Assembly: GCA_037447605.1 (NCBI GenBank)
Contig: CM074822.1
Location: 643,492-707,491, forward strand
Direction of reading: 5' to 3'
From: Zygnema circumcarinatum SAG 698-1b
Taxonomy: Eukaryota > Plantae > Zygnematophyceae
Length of the DNA stretch: 64,000 nt
Part shown: piece by piece, positions 62,110-64,000 of the stretch
Layout: every line of letters starts with the position of its first letter
Position numbering within the stretch: the first letter of the stretch is position 1
The notes under the pieces: generated by a model
The model's input: the letters and a program-made list of their open reading frames with translations, nothing else
What the model was told of the DNA's origin: nothing
The model's database searches: none
Program-made: the position numbers and the translations under genes

Positions 62110-63931
62110 TCAAAACACCGCTTCTCCCGCGGAGAAGTGCAGCAGATTATTAAGTAACACCAGTTCCTCAGTAAGCGGTCCTGAGAACTCCAAAACCTGA
62201 TTGGCAGACAGCCAAGCTCAGCAAGACCATCGATTCAAAGACGTGGGATGGAACTCTCCTCTTCTACCCCCTTTCCAACTCCAACCCCCTCCCCCTCTCC
62301 TCCCCGATGAAAGAAGGAGACAAAGGAATCCACTAAGTTGGATTGGAAGGAGAGCGGGAGAGGGGGAGGCGTAGGCAGATAGAGGTTGAAGGGGAGGAGT
62401 GGGGGGGAGAGGGGCAGCCGGATAGTTGTGGAAGAATACGTTTTCAATGGGAGGTAAGTCGCCAAAAGACAAGGATGCCCACAGGCGGCAAGTTTAGGTT
62501 GTACAATCATAATTCATAGACTCAGGAATTAGATAATTGACGAGTCTGAAACTCACCACAGCACTGCCGATTGTGCCCAAGTTTACAGTTCCATCCTCAA
62601 CTTGCACAGCTGTGTCAATGCCCTGATCGATAGGACCCCTTCCAAGCCCGCTGAGGACGTCATGATATCTTCCATCCCTCAAGGGTACTTTGATCGATTC
62701 GTTCTGCACAATTAGCGTTAAAAAGATGAGCCAAAACTCTGACAGCAGCCAACAAAGTCTAGAGATGTGTAATCGACATGTCTGCGAGTCTTCGGTTTAC
62801 GAAACGTATAATGCTACACAAGCTCTGGATGAAATGAAGGGCTGAGAGACAAAGCAGAAGCATTTCACATTCCAAAAACATGATATAAATGTGCAGAGTG
62901 CATAACGGACGAAACATGAAATTCAAAGAAGCTTGAGAGGAGAGGGACTATTGAATAAGAGACGTGAATCAAAAGAAAACATGAAGGACGGGTTATTTCA
63001 GTCAAGTGAAAGGCGAGTTCAGCACTGTGCAATTCTAAATTACCGAGAACAATTGAATAAAGCAGGAAAAGGTTCCCTGCCTTGCCTCTGTAGCGAGCAG
63101 AGGTATCCATTGGACAACAGATTTGCCCGAGTGGGGGTAAGCTATACGCGATGGTGAAGAAACCTTGAGGTTGTGGAGTGAATTGCATAGACCATACTAG
63201 CCTCTAGACAGGCAATTAAAATCCATTTAGGCCAATAAACATCTTAAATGCCACTTACCCGCTCTCCCAAGACATTGAAAATGCCAAGTAAACTGTTGGA
63301 GTTGTCGGGTGCTAACCAAGCTGCTATGATGCATGTATCACCATACAGGATGGAAAATGATCCTTCTCTGACCGCTGGGGCCTTCTTTAACGAGGTGACT
63401 GCCTTAAGGAATGGCTGCACAATAAGGTGAAAAACAAAAGCACGGGTAGAGGAGAGCGCAAAGCTGTTACTTAAATAGAAAACTTAGTTGCCATCATCAC
63501 AGCGATTCAATTCTAGACGGAAAAAACGGCGCAATTTCGCAGTGACCTAAGAAGCGCGGGTTATCACAAGAGTTTTAAAGTGGCTCACCTCCAACGAACG
63601 ACTCCCCCAAAGTACAGGATCGTCTTCAAAGAGCTCTGGCGGATTTTGAGCCTCAGATTCCTATTCATGCCTATAACAAGTAGTGAGAAGAGAAGAACTT
63701 ATACGAATGTCCTCACAGCTTACTTGCGAACTACCAATACTGAATGAGGAGTTCATAAGGTATTCCATGCAAAGGTGAAGACTAGTGTGGTGTGAAAGAT
63801 AAAGTTCATTTCATGGGAAATGTAGCTGATACCTGGCCACCAAAGATGAGGAATGCTCCTCTATTGAAAGCAGCGAAAGCAGTCCAAGCCATAGCAACTT
63901 CCCTGCTTGGAGCTCTTTTCATGATGCGCAT
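62110..63931 (-). CDS. GH13 alpha-amylase-family glycoside hydrolase, C-terminal part (gene continues beyond the window)
   Basis: Exons on -: 63931-63833, 63660-63589, 63414-63259, 62703-62557 and 62196-62110 (stop), all phase 0. MRIMKRAPSREVAMAWTAFAAFNRGAFLIFGGQE, PELFEDDPVLWG, LLGIFNV and VPLRDGRYHDVLSG resemble the end of the catalytic barrel and C-domain of bacterial alpha-amylase/cyclomaltodextrinase-like GH13 proteins (recalled similarity). Confidence 0.78.
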
Positions 63932-64000
63932 CTGGGATTAGCGAAAACAAACTCAAACGATAAGATTAGTGCTTGAAAAAGCATGACCGATTACGGGCAG

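Noticed and set aside
61714-62200. 126-aa (-) and 148-aa (+) ORFs
   Set aside because: They fall in or antisense to the 3' UTR and last exon of the GH13 gene, whose stop is at 62110; no family motif.

Overview
Eukaryotic, intron-rich nuclear DNA, most likely from a non-seed streptophyte such as a charophyte alga or bryophyte-grade plant. This is inferred from plant-type gene families, GT-AG introns, TTTAGGG repeats and two gene types I do not recognise from flowering plants. Nine spliced genes could be assembled by hand with phase-consistent exons: (1) PQ-loop vacuolar amino-acid transporter (+); (2) soluble-pyrophosphatase-like protein with degenerate catalytic residues and a ~600-aa disordered tail (+); (3) two-SIS-domain glucokinase-regulatory-protein/MurQ-like protein (+); (4) RPL38 (+); (5) DEAH helicase DHX37/Dhr1 (-, some exons lost in an N gap); (6) glycine-rich plastid membrane protein (-); (7) DUF493/At1g27385-like plastid protein (+, last exon not found); (8) secreted A1 aspartic protease with atypical DTA/DTS motifs (-); (9) 3' part of a bacterial-looking GH13 alpha-amylase-family gene (-). 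Intergenic DNA and introns hold hAT-type MITEs (several with 8-bp TSDs), a copia gag remnant, interstitial telomere-like arrays and long GA/CT tracts. A duplicated module consists of an 11-bp G-rich satellite, a 70-nt tRNA-like cloverleaf and a 17-bp satellite. Nine perfect CCAAT-N9-CCACG (ERSE-type) elements cluster upstream of genes. Top leads are the GKRP/MurQ-like protein, the satellite-flanked tRNA-like element and the pseudo-pyrophosphatase. Family assignments come from recalled consensus motifs, not from database searches. Most long ORFs in the supplied track are low-complexity artefacts.
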